NCBI GenBank assembly: GCA_040386535.1
Contig: JAZKFH010000038.1
Location: 151,016-215,015 of the forward strand
Source of the DNA: Myxococcota bacterium
GTDB taxonomy: Bacteria > Myxococcota_A > UBA796 > SXON01
Length of the DNA: 64,000 nucleotides
Direction of reading: 5' to 3'
In this document: piece by piece, positions 46,687-55,720 of the stretch
Position numbering within the stretch: position 1 is the first letter of the stretch
Layout: the number at the start of each line of letters is the position of its first letter
The notes under the pieces: generated by a model
Databases searched by the model: none
What the model was told of the DNA's origin: nothing
Seen by the model: the letters and a program-made list of their open reading frames with translations, nothing else
Translations under genes and position numbers: made by a program

Positions 46687-46867
46687 GGAGGGGTCAGGAC
46701 CAGCGGGATGTCAAATGATTGGGTGTAGATCCAGGTACTTGGGAATGTGCCGGTCGGGGCGGGGCTCCTGAATTCTGGGGAGTCTACTGGTCTGGCGTCA
46801 CGATGTAATTCTCAACTCGCTGAAATCATTCGGGAAGATTTGACATTCCGCAGGTCCTGACCCCTCC
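46687..46867. mobile_element. 181-bp MITE/REP-doublet-like element with 30-bp terminal inverted repeats
   Basis: Left end GGAGGGGTCAGGACCAGCGGGATGTCAAAT vs reverse complement of right end GGAGGGGTCAGGACCTGCGGAATGTCAAAT (28/30); AT-richer interior. Confidence 0.75.
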
Positions 46868-46869
46868 TA

Positions 46870-48438
46870 CTACCGCCCGGCCACGCACAGCGCGTCCGTC
46901 GCGAGGGTGTCCTGGTTGGTGGCCTGGTAGAGCCGCAGCAGCTCGGGCGGCGTGAGCCCGGCCGTTGCGAGGGCGAAACGGACGAGGCCGCCGGAGGAGT
47001 AGATGTCGGGGACATCGTCCATGGGCTGATCGTCGACGTAGAGGCCGGGCGCCGCAGCGCACACGTGCCCGGGGCGGCCGAGCCCCGCCAGGAACGCGTG
47101 CCAGTCGTACGAATCGCGCTCCTTGGCGCCCTTGCCCCCGGCGGCGAGCGCGCCCTCCAGCACCGGCACGAGCCTCGCCTTGTCGGGCGAGCGCAGGACG
47201 AGGCCGAACGCGAGCGCCCGCTCCTTGACCGCGTGCGCCGCCCAGCCCTCGCTCGGGATGGTGAGCCGGGCGCCGAGTGTGTCGACCTCGGCGGCGGTGG
47301 GCACGACGTCGGCCTCGTAGAGGCGGGTGAGGATCATCTCCGTGCCCTGGGCCGTCGTCAGCGCAGCGAACACGGCAGCGCGGTGCGCCGGGTCCGAGAG
47401 CTCGGTGCGCTCGAGCACGGCGTAGGTACGCCCCTCCTCCGCGACGAGGAGCGCCTCGATCTCGACGGGGGTGAGGGCGCCGCCGAGCTCGATGCGCAGC
47501 TCGCCGCGGCGGGCGGGGCTGGCGCACGCGGCGATCCGCGCGGACACGGCGGTCTCGAGGGTGGCGCCGACCTCGTAGGAGGGGGCGGTCCACTCCGAGA
47601 GGGCGGGCATCGCGCCGTCCTCGCCGGCGCAGGCGCGGTCGACCAGGGTGGCGAGGCGCTCGATCGCGCGGGCGGTCTCGGGTGGGTCGAGGGCGAGCAG
47701 GCAGGTGGCGGACGTGGCGAGGGCGTCGGTGCCGGGGGCGGGCACGGCGTCGACGAGGGCGCGGGCCTGGGGGGCGGGCGGCGACGGTCGGCACGCCGCC
47801 GCGAACACCTCGGACTGGACACGCCCGGTCTCGGTCGGGAGGCGCTCGACGAGCAGCGGCACGGCCTCGTCGCCGAGCCAGGCCAGCACCTCGACGAGCA
47901 GGTCGCCGCGCCGGCCCTCGCCCGCGTCGTCCAGCGCGTCGCGGTACGCCCCGACGAGGTCGATCTGGGACTGCACGGTCACCGGAACGCTCTCGCCCGC
48001 GCTGCCGTCCGCGAGCGCGGGGGCGCGCCCCACCGCCACGACGTAGGTCCGGCCGAGCGAGGCGAGGTCGAGGCGGCGCAGATCGATCCACCCGTCGGCG
48101 TCGCGGGCGCGGGCCTGGAGGAGCTCGCCGTCCGTGTCGAAGGTGCCCGTGTAGGTGAGCGCGCCGCCCTCGGTGATGGTCGCCTCGTCCCACGTCTCGG
48201 GGAAGATGGCGTCGAAAATCAGCACGGGCACGAGGATGAGGCAGAGCGGGCTGTGGCCGCACGCGCCGCCGCCCGCGTGCCGGGTCTTGCGCTCTACGGT
48301 CACGACGGTACCGGGGGGCGCGTGTTGCGCCTGAACCTCGTCGAGGGTGCCTGGCGCGTCGACGACGACCTCGGTGGCGCCGCCGCACGCGAGGGCGAGC
48401 CCGACGAACAGCGGCGCGATCGGCACGAAGGGGCGCAT
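46870..48438 (-). CDS. Hypothetical lipoprotein with helical (HEAT-like) region
   Basis: LALAC lipobox; 522 aa; Ala/Leu-rich helical C-terminal half. Confidence 0.7.
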   Translation of the reverse strand: MRPFVPIAPLFVGLALACGGATEVVVDAPGTLDEVQAQHAPPGTVVTVERKTRHAGGGACGHSPLCLILVPVLIFDAIFPETWDEATITEGGALTYTGTFDTDGELLQARARDADGWIDLRRLDLASLGRTYVVAVGRAPALADGSAGESVPVTVQSQIDLVGAYRDALDDAGEGRRGDLLVEVLAWLGDEAVPLLVERLPTETGRVQSEVFAAACRPSPPAPQARALVDAVPAPGTDALATSATCLLALDPPETARAIERLATLVDRACAGEDGAMPALSEWTAPSYEVGATLETAVSARIAACASPARRGELRIELGGALTPVEIEALLVAEEGRTYAVLERTELSDPAHRAAVFAALTTAQGTEMILTRLYEADVVPTAAEVDTLGARLTIPSEGWAAHAVKERALAFGLVLRSPDKARLVPVLEGALAAGGKGAKERDSYDWHAFLAGLGRPGHVCAAAPGLYVDDQPMDDVPDIYSSGGLVRFALATAGLTPPELLRLYQATNQDTLATDALCVAGR

Positions 48439-48805
48439 GGGGCGACGGTAGCACCGTTCGTGGATCCAACCGCGACGGCTACTCGCAGACAGGGTCTACC
48501 GGTAGACCCCCGACTTGTGGCCACCTCCCCGCGCCAGGGGGGCTGAAGGGGGGCGCGGGCACCCCGGCGCCAGGGGCCGGAGGCCACGCAAGCGTCAAAC
48601 GCCCGCGCCCGTGGGCCGGCCCGCAGCCGGCACACGGAGGGCGCACGCCCGACCCCGCAAGACCCCCGCCCCGCGTCCGCGCGGGGGGCGCCCAGGCGAC
48701 GCCCCGCCCGGGTGCGCCCTGCGGAGGCTCCGCAGAGAATGAGCCTGCAACCTGCATCGTTTCCGATTAGAGCCCCGTGGGCCCCGCGGGCCCTGGAGGC
48801 TTTGG

Positions 48806-50584
48806 ATGGCGGGCACGCTCCCGATCGAGGATCTCGGGCTCATCGGAAATTGTCAGATCTCCGCCCTCGTGGCACGCGACGGGACCATCCCCTGGTGTTG
48901 CCTCCCCCGGTTCGACTCGGAGCCGGTGTTCGGCTCGCTGCTGGACAGCGAGGACGGCGGCAGCTTCGGGGTGACACCGGCCGCGGGCGAGAAGGGCACA
49001 CAAACGTACCTGCCGAACACCAACGTGCTCGAGACGACGTTCCAGACGTCGGACGGGTCGTTCCGGGTCATCGACTTCGCGCCGCGGTATTTCCACCACG
49101 ACCGCCCGTATCGGCCGACGCAGATCGTGCGCATCGTGGAGCCGCTGGAGGGGACGCCGCGGGTCCGCGCGTGGTGTGAGCCCATCCTGGGGTGGAGCAA
49201 GGAGCGCCCGCACAAACGGTTCGGCAGCACGCACGTGCGCTACCTCGGGTACTCCGCGCCGTTGCGCCTCACGACGGACATCCCGCTCTCCTACATGGAC
49301 GGGCGCACGTTCTCGCTGACCGGGCGCCGGCATCTCGTGCTGTCGTGGGGGAAGCCGGTGCTGGAGCCGCTCGCGTCGCTGTGCTCGCGCGGCCTCGGCG
49401 ACACCGTCCGGTACTGGCAGGGGTGGGTGAAGCACTGCAACATGCCCTCGCTCTACCAGAACGAGGTCATCCGCTCGGCCCTCACGTTGAAGCTGCACTG
49501 CTACGAGGACACCGGCGCGATCGTGGCGGCGATGACGACGTCGATCCCGGAGTCGCCCGACGCGAGCGGCCGCACCTGGGACTACCGGTACTGCTGGCTG
49601 CGCGACGCCTACTACGTGCTCGCCGCGCTCCGTCGCCTCGGCCACTTCGAGGAGCGCGAGCGCTTCACGGAGTACCTGCTCGACATCGCCGGCGGCAACC
49701 CGACGCTGGAGCTGGCGCCGCTGTACCGCGTGGACGGCACGGTCGATCTGGAGGAGCGCATCCTGCCGCATTGGCCCGGCTACGAGGGGCACGGGCCGGT
49801 GCGGGTGGGGAACGGCGCCGCGCGGCAGCGCCAGAACGACATCTACGGCGAGATGGTGCTGGCGCTCGCGCCCGTGTTCCTCGACCAGCGCTTCCGCCAG
49901 GAGCAGACCCCCCATGCGCTCCAGCTGTTGCGACGGTTGGCCGACCGCGCCATCGCCGTGGCCGGCACGCCCGACGCGGGGATCTGGGAGCACCGCACGG
50001 AGCCGCGCCCGCAGACCTTCTCGTCGCTCATGTGTTGGGCGGCGGCCGACCGGATGTCGAAGATCGCGGGGCGGCACCTGCCCGACGCCGCCGGGTACTA
50101 CGCCCAGGCCGCGGGCCGCATCAAGGAGGAGCTGCTCGAGCGCGCGTGGAACCCGAACGTCGGCAGCCTCGTCGCGACGTTCGGGGGCGCGGACCTCGAC
50201 GCCGCCTTGCTCCAGGTCTCCAGCCTCCGCCTGCTCTCCGAGGACGACAAGCGGCTCCACGCGACCATCGACACCCTCCGCCGCGAGCTCTCGACCGGCC
50301 ACTGGATGTTCCGCTACCGCGACGACGACGGGTTCGGCAAGCCGACGGTCGGCTTCATGATCTGCACGTTCTGGCTGGTCGAGGCGCTGGCGATGGCGGG
50401 GCGCGCCGACGAGGCGCGGGAGGTGCTCGACCGGGCGCGCTCGGCCATGTCGCCGCTGGGGCTCCTGTCGGAGGACTACGAGGTGGCGACCGGGCGCATG
50501 TGGGGCAACTTCCCGCAGGCGTACTCCCACGTCGGGTTGATCCACGCCGCCTTCTCGGCGTCGCCACGGTGGTCGGAGCTGTGA
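48806..50584 (+). CDS. Glycoside hydrolase family 15 (trehalase/glucoamylase-like)
   Basis: IGNCQISAL, TTSIPE, WDYRYCWLRDA, VRVGNGA, DAGIWE, GLLSE...GNFPQAYSH. Confidence 0.95.
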   Translation: MAGTLPIEDLGLIGNCQISALVARDGTIPWCCLPRFDSEPVFGSLLDSEDGGSFGVTPAAGEKGTQTYLPNTNVLETTFQTSDGSFRVIDFAPRYFHHDRPYRPTQIVRIVEPLEGTPRVRAWCEPILGWSKERPHKRFGSTHVRYLGYSAPLRLTTDIPLSYMDGRTFSLTGRRHLVLSWGKPVLEPLASLCSRGLGDTVRYWQGWVKHCNMPSLYQNEVIRSALTLKLHCYEDTGAIVAAMTTSIPESPDASGRTWDYRYCWLRDAYYVLAALRRLGHFEERERFTEYLLDIAGGNPTLELAPLYRVDGTVDLEERILPHWPGYEGHGPVRVGNGAARQRQNDIYGEMVLALAPVFLDQRFRQEQTPHALQLLRRLADRAIAVAGTPDAGIWEHRTEPRPQTFSSLMCWAAADRMSKIAGRHLPDAAGYYAQAAGRIKEELLERAWNPNVGSLVATFGGADLDAALLQVSSLRLLSEDDKRLHATIDTLRRELSTGHWMFRYRDDDGFGKPTVGFMICTFWLVEALAMAGRADEAREVLDRARSAMSPLGLLSEDYEVATGRMWGNFPQAYSHVGLIHAAFSASPRWSEL

Positions 50585-50615
50585 TCGTGGGGCGTTGAAG
50601 GGTGGGAGGGTGAAG

Positions 50616-52151
50616 ATGGCGGGCGCGACGGGGCCGACGGGGAGGGGCTTGCGGTACGTGCTGGCCGGGGTCCTCGTGATCGGCACGGCCGCGTCGGGCT
50701 GGCTCGGATGGGAGGTGCGCAGGGCGGAGGACGCGGGGATCCACCGCGCGACGCAGGAGCAGGTGGAGGAGGTCGTGGACGACCTTCGGTGGGAGATGGA
50801 GGCGCGGGTCGACGCGCTCGCGCGGATGGCCGACCGGTGGGTGGTGGCGGAGGGGACCACCAAGGTGCTCTGGCGCACGGACGCCAGGAATTACATCGAC
50901 GATTACGACGGTTTCTGGGCGATCGACTGGGTGGCGCCCGACGGGAAGGTGGCATGGCGGGAGCCGGACAACCCGGAGGTGATCGGGCTGGATCTGAGGC
51001 GTGAGCCCCAGCGGCGCGCCGCGATGGACTCCTCCCAACGGACGGGCACCCCCGCGCTCGCCACCCCGGTCGACCTGTTCACCGGGGGCACGGGGGTGCT
51101 GGTGTTCGTCCCCCTCGGGGAGCGTGCCGCGGGCGGGTGGCTCCTCGGCGTGTTCCTGCTCGCCGACCTGATGCGCGCCACGGAGCGGCCGGTACGTGGC
51201 TACGAGGTCACGGCGTACGACGCCGCGGGCGTGGTGTTCAGCTCCGCCACCGGGTCGCGATCGCCCTTCTGCGCCGCGCGGCCCCTCTCCTACCTGAGCG
51301 AGGCGCTCTCGGTCGAGGTGTGCGCCTCGCCCGCCTTCGTGGCCGAGCGGCGCGGCTTCCTCCCGGGCGTGACCGTCCTGACCGGGCTCGCGTTCACGCT
51401 GCTCGCCGCCGCGCTCCTGCACGCGCTCGAGTCGGCCCGCGCCCGCACCGCCGAGGCCCGCTCCCTCGCGGCGGCCTTGAGCGACCACGCCGCCGCGCTC
51501 GAGGTGGCCCAGCGCGACCTGACGGACCTGTCGTACTCGATGTCGCACGAGCTGCGCACGCCCCTGCGCGCCATCGACGGGCACGCGGCGCTGCTGGCGG
51601 AGACGGCCCCGGAGAGCGTGCGCCCGTCGCTGGCCCGGATCCGCGGGAACGCGCAACGGATGGGGAAGCAGCTCGACGGGATCCTCGAGCTGTTCCGTGT
51701 CATAAGGCGCGAGCTCGACGTTCAGGAGGTCGACGTGACCGCGCTTGCGCACGCCTGCCTCGCGAACCACGTCACGGCCGAGCCCGAGCGGCCGGTCGAC
51801 GTCCGGATCGCCGGGGGGCTGGTGGTGCACGGCGATCCCCAGCTGGTGCGGGTCGTCGTGGCCGAGCTCATCGGCAATGCGTGGCGGTTCAGCGCCCCGC
51901 GCGACCGGGTGTCGATCGAGGTCGGCGCGTCGCCCCGGGGCTTCTTCGTCAAGGACGCCGGCATCGGCTTCGACATGGCGTACGCCCCGAAGCTCTTCCA
52001 GGCCTTCGAACGGCTCCATGCGCCCGGCGAGTTCGAGGGGCTCGGGCTCGGCCTCGCGATCGCGGCGCGCGCCGCGGCCCGGCACGGTGCGCGCATCCGG
52101 GCGGAGGGGCGGCCCGGCGAGGGCGCGGTATTCTGGGTAGACTGGCCCTGA
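50616..52151 (+). CDS. Sensor histidine kinase with CHASE-like periplasmic domain
   Basis: Two transmembrane helices; H-box SHELRTPL; N-box GNA; DAGIGF; GLGLGLAI. Confidence 0.92.
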   Translation: MAGATGPTGRGLRYVLAGVLVIGTAASGWLGWEVRRAEDAGIHRATQEQVEEVVDDLRWEMEARVDALARMADRWVVAEGTTKVLWRTDARNYIDDYDGFWAIDWVAPDGKVAWREPDNPEVIGLDLRREPQRRAAMDSSQRTGTPALATPVDLFTGGTGVLVFVPLGERAAGGWLLGVFLLADLMRATERPVRGYEVTAYDAAGVVFSSATGSRSPFCAARPLSYLSEALSVEVCASPAFVAERRGFLPGVTVLTGLAFTLLAAALLHALESARARTAEARSLAAALSDHAAALEVAQRDLTDLSYSMSHELRTPLRAIDGHAALLAETAPESVRPSLARIRGNAQRMGKQLDGILELFRVIRRELDVQEVDVTALAHACLANHVTAEPERPVDVRIAGGLVVHGDPQLVRVVVAELIGNAWRFSAPRDRVSIEVGASPRGFFVKDAGIGFDMAYAPKLFQAFERLHAPGEFEGLGLGLAIAARAAARHGARIRAEGRPGEGAVFWVDWP

Positions 52152-52168
52152 TCCGGGTAGGGTGCCGC

Positions 52169-53560
52169 GTGATCCTCCTCCTCCGCTCCACCGCCCTCGT
52201 CTCCTCGTTGCTGGTCGGCTGTACGGGCCCCGGCCCGAAGGACGACACCTCCCCCGGCGACTCCGACAGCGCGGCCGCCGACACGTCGCCCGACGACACC
52301 GCGGAGGACACGGCCCCCATCGCCACTGTCGCCTTCTCGGACGTGACGGTCACGGCGGACGCCGACGTCCCCACGATCCTCACGGTCACGTGGACCACCG
52401 ACCCCGCGACACGCGGCTCCGTGGCCTTCGGCGAGACGACGGCGTACGGCGGCTCCAGCGCCACGGAGGCCGAGGCGAGCACGGCCCACTCGGTGGTGGT
52501 GCGCGGCCTCGCGGCGGGCACGACGTGGCACCTGCGCCCCGAGGGGAACGGCGAGGGCGGGCCCGACCAGGTGTGGACCACGACGGCCGCGCCGGCGGCG
52601 CTCCCGACGCTCTCGGTTGCGGGCGATCCGGCGGCGCTCGGCGGCTACCTCGTGCTCCCGATCAACGGCGCCACGTACGCGGTCGCCATCGTGGACGGGC
52701 TCGGCCGCTACGTGTGGTGGCACGAGGCCGAGGACGGCTACATCGTGACGCGCGCGGTGCTCTCGAACGACGGCGCCTCCGTGATCTACGCGCAGGTCGG
52801 CACCGAGGACTACGGCCCCGACGGCCACCTCGTGCGCGTGCCGCTCGACGGCGGCGAGCCCACCGTGCTGGACGTGCCCTACCTCACGCACGACTTCGTG
52901 GAGCTGCCCGACGGCACGCTGGCGTGCCTCACCAAGGACCTGCGCGACAACTACGTGGGTGACCGCATCGTGGAGTACGCGCCCGACGGCACCTCGAGCG
53001 TGGTGTGGAGCGCGTTCGACTACTTCGACCCGACGGCGTTCGAGATCGACGAGAGCGACGAGACGTGGACCCACGCCAACGCCCTCGACTACGACCCGAT
53101 CGAGGACGCCTGGTACATCTCCCTGCGCAACTTCGACACGATCCTCAAGGCGGACCGCGCCTCGCGGCGCCTGTTGTGGCGGCTCGGGGAGGGCGCCAAC
53201 TTCCGCTACGAGGGCGGCGCGGCGCCGACGCATCGGCAGCACCAGTTCGAGGTGCTCCCCGACGGCGGGCTGCTGGTCTTCGACAACGGCGCCGAGGCCG
53301 AGTCCTCCTCGCGCGTGGTCGAGTACACCCTCGACGAGGCCGGCGGCACCGTGACCGAAGCGTGGAGCTACGTCGCGACCCCGCCGCTGTACGTCTACGC
53401 GCTCGGGGATGTCGATCGGATCGAGGAGGACCGCACCATCGTCACGTGGTCGACCGCCGGCCTCGTGCAGATCGTGGAGGCGGACGGCAGCGAACTGTGG
53501 CGGCTCGGGGTCGAGCTCGGCCACGTGTTCGGATACACGGAGCGGGTGACGACGTTCTGA
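52169..53560 (+). CDS. Aryl-sulfate sulfotransferase (ASST) family lipoprotein with FN3-like domain
   Basis: LLVGC lipobox; THDF, WTHANALDY, ISLRN, QHQ, VFDNG and SRVVEY motifs. Confidence 0.85.
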   Translation: MILLLRSTALVSSLLVGCTGPGPKDDTSPGDSDSAAADTSPDDTAEDTAPIATVAFSDVTVTADADVPTILTVTWTTDPATRGSVAFGETTAYGGSSATEAEASTAHSVVVRGLAAGTTWHLRPEGNGEGGPDQVWTTTAAPAALPTLSVAGDPAALGGYLVLPINGATYAVAIVDGLGRYVWWHEAEDGYIVTRAVLSNDGASVIYAQVGTEDYGPDGHLVRVPLDGGEPTVLDVPYLTHDFVELPDGTLACLTKDLRDNYVGDRIVEYAPDGTSSVVWSAFDYFDPTAFEIDESDETWTHANALDYDPIEDAWYISLRNFDTILKADRASRRLLWRLGEGANFRYEGGAAPTHRQHQFEVLPDGGLLVFDNGAEAESSSRVVEYTLDEAGGTVTEAWSYVATPPLYVYALGDVDRIEEDRTIVTWSTAGLVQIVEADGSELWRLGVELGHVFGYTERVTTF

Positions 53561-53578
53561 CGCGGGCGCGTGCGGGGC

Positions 53579-54577
53579 CTACCGTCCGACCATCTGCGCG
53601 ACCGACGCCGCGACGGAGTGGGTGACGACCGCCCGGTCCCGGAACCCCGGTTTTGCCATGAGCGCGGCGTGCAGGTCGGGGAGCCGGTAGCAGGGCACCG
53701 CCGGGTACCAATGGTGCTCGAGGTGGTAGCCGATGTTGCGGGGCAGGATCAGCCACCGCTCCCATACGTGCGGGATCGTGGTGCGGGTCTGCCCGTAGGC
53801 GGGGTGCGCGCTCGGGACGGCCGAGTGCTCGCAGGCGAGGCGGATGTATTGGATCGCCAGGTGCCACGTGCAATAGGGCACGATCCAATAGACAAGGAGG
53901 GCGCCCCACGTGTCGGTCAGCGTGAACGTGGTGATCACGGCGCCCCACCAGGCCAGCCGGGCGAGCCGCGCCGCGGCCGAGCGCGCGAAGAGGAGGCTGC
54001 CGACGACGCCCCGGAGCATCCAGAACACGCCGGTGAAGAAGGCGGCGCGACGCAGGACCTTCGCGGCGAAGCCGAGCGGGGTCTTGGGGTAGATCCACTC
54101 GGGGCGCAGGGTCCCGTCGGGGTGGTGGGTGCGCCACAAGAAGCGGTTGCCGTCTCCCTCGACGCCGAGGTGCTGGTGGTGCTCGCCGTGGAACTTGCGG
54201 AAGCCCTCGACCGTGACGAACACGGGCCACAACACGAACAGGTCGGCGACCCAATCGTTCCAGCGGCGGTCCGGCAGGAAGCGGTGGTGCACGGCGTCGT
54301 GGCCGATGACGGTCAGGGCGTGCTGGCGCGCGCCGATCCACACCACCACGAGCGGGTAGAGCCACACCGCCGCGGGGACGTAGGCGCGCGCCAGCTCCGC
54401 GAGGAGGATGGCCGCCACGATCCCGGCCCACTCGACGGCGACGGCGCCCAGCGCGCGGGCGGGATCGATGGCGGAGAGCTCGCGTACGACCGCCCCCGGG
54501 AGCCGGTCGGGCACGGGCGCGCGCAGGTCGTGGGGGTGGGGGTCGGCGGACTCCGTCGCGAGGGGGATGGCGCTCAC
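53579..54577 (-). CDS. Membrane fatty acid desaturase-family di-iron enzyme
   Basis: His boxes HDAVH, HGEHH, EH, YHLEHH...P.VP.Y.LP; transmembrane helices; GTG overlaps the sulfotransferase stop. Confidence 0.92.
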   Translation of the reverse strand: MSAIPLATESADPHPHDLRAPVPDRLPGAVVRELSAIDPARALGAVAVEWAGIVAAILLAELARAYVPAAVWLYPLVVVWIGARQHALTVIGHDAVHHRFLPDRRWNDWVADLFVLWPVFVTVEGFRKFHGEHHQHLGVEGDGNRFLWRTHHPDGTLRPEWIYPKTPLGFAAKVLRRAAFFTGVFWMLRGVVGSLLFARSAAARLARLAWWGAVITTFTLTDTWGALLVYWIVPYCTWHLAIQYIRLACEHSAVPSAHPAYGQTRTTIPHVWERWLILPRNIGYHLEHHWYPAVPCYRLPDLHAALMAKPGFRDRAVVTHSVAASVAQMVGR

Positions 54578-55686
54578 GCGTACCCCCCGACGCTCGCGAC
54601 GTCCGCGGCGTCCAGGCCGAAGTCGGCGAGGTCGTACCGGTGCGCGGGCGCCTTGTGCTGGGCGCCCATCCACGCGCGGAGCCGGGCCTCGCCGTCCGCG
54701 TCCAGGCGCCGCCCGAGCGACGTGAGGATGCGCCGCACGGTGCCGACGGGATCGGCCACCAGCTCGGTGTAGGCCACGTCGAGGAAGCGGCCGGCGTGGG
54801 CCTGCCGGGCCTGCCGCTCGTCCTCCAACGCGTCGCGCGCCATCGCCAGCGCCTCCCGGCCTACCTCGGCCGGATCGTCGTGTTCGCTGCCCGTGGTCCA
54901 GAGCGCGTGACACAGGCTCGCGAGGGAGGGCACACACGACGCAAGATCGCGGTGCAGCCGCACCACGATGGCCTCGGGGTAGGTGGCGAACAACGAATCG
55001 AGGGCCCACAGGTGACCCGGATCCTTGAGGATCGGCACCCCGCCCGGGCTGCGCCAGCGCAACAGCTGGAGCTGGGCCTTGTGTTCGGCGTACACCCCCG
55101 TGAGATCGGCGGTGCGGAGCCAGCGGTAGTAGCTGGGCACCCGGAAGGTCCACGCGTACACCGGCGTGGCGAAGCTCCGGCGCAAGAGCCAGTTGCACTC
55201 GTCGGGATCGCCCGGGGCGAGCGGGTGGATCGTCTTGAAGCGCGGCTGCGCGGTGTAGAGGCGGTCGAGCATGCCCTGCGTGAGCTCGACCTGCCGGCGC
55301 GACCAGTCCATCGGCGCCTCGCCCGGGGTCGCGGGCGCTCGCAGCTCCCAGAGGCGGTAGCCGCGCATCCCCGGCGCGCGGGCGAGCAGGTTGTGCAGGA
55401 GCGTGGTCCCCGAGCGCGGCAGGCCGCTGATCACGATGGGCGAGGGCACGTCGAGCTCGAGGATGTCGGGGCGCTCGCGGAGCTTCGTCGCGATGCGCGC
55501 GCGCGTGACGAGGTGGTCGACCATCTCGACCGCGGTGGCCTCGGCGCGGTTGGGGAGCAGGCCGGCCTCGGCCTCGACGGCGCCGAGGAGGACGCGGGCG
55601 GCGGGCTCCCACGTGGTCCCCCACAGGTCTTCGCTGCGGGCGAGGCGGCGGGCGCGCGCCGAGAGGGCTTCGACGGAGAGGTGCAT
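54574..55686 (-). CDS. PAPS-dependent sulfotransferase (Stf-like)
   Basis: 5'-PSB loop GLPRSGTTLLHNLL, LKDPGH, 3'-PB HRD...S, Y.ELVADP. Confidence 0.93.
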   Translation of the reverse strand: MHLSVEALSARARRLARSEDLWGTTWEPAARVLLGAVEAEAGLLPNRAEATAVEMVDHLVTRARIATKLRERPDILELDVPSPIVISGLPRSGTTLLHNLLARAPGMRGYRLWELRAPATPGEAPMDWSRRQVELTQGMLDRLYTAQPRFKTIHPLAPGDPDECNWLLRRSFATPVYAWTFRVPSYYRWLRTADLTGVYAEHKAQLQLLRWRSPGGVPILKDPGHLWALDSLFATYPEAIVVRLHRDLASCVPSLASLCHALWTTGSEHDDPAEVGREALAMARDALEDERQARQAHAGRFLDVAYTELVADPVGTVRRILTSLGRRLDADGEARLRAWMGAQHKAPAHRYDLADFGLDAADVASVGGYA

Positions 55687-55720
55687 GGGCGTTCCGAGGT
55701 CGAAAGGGGAGAGGGAGGAG

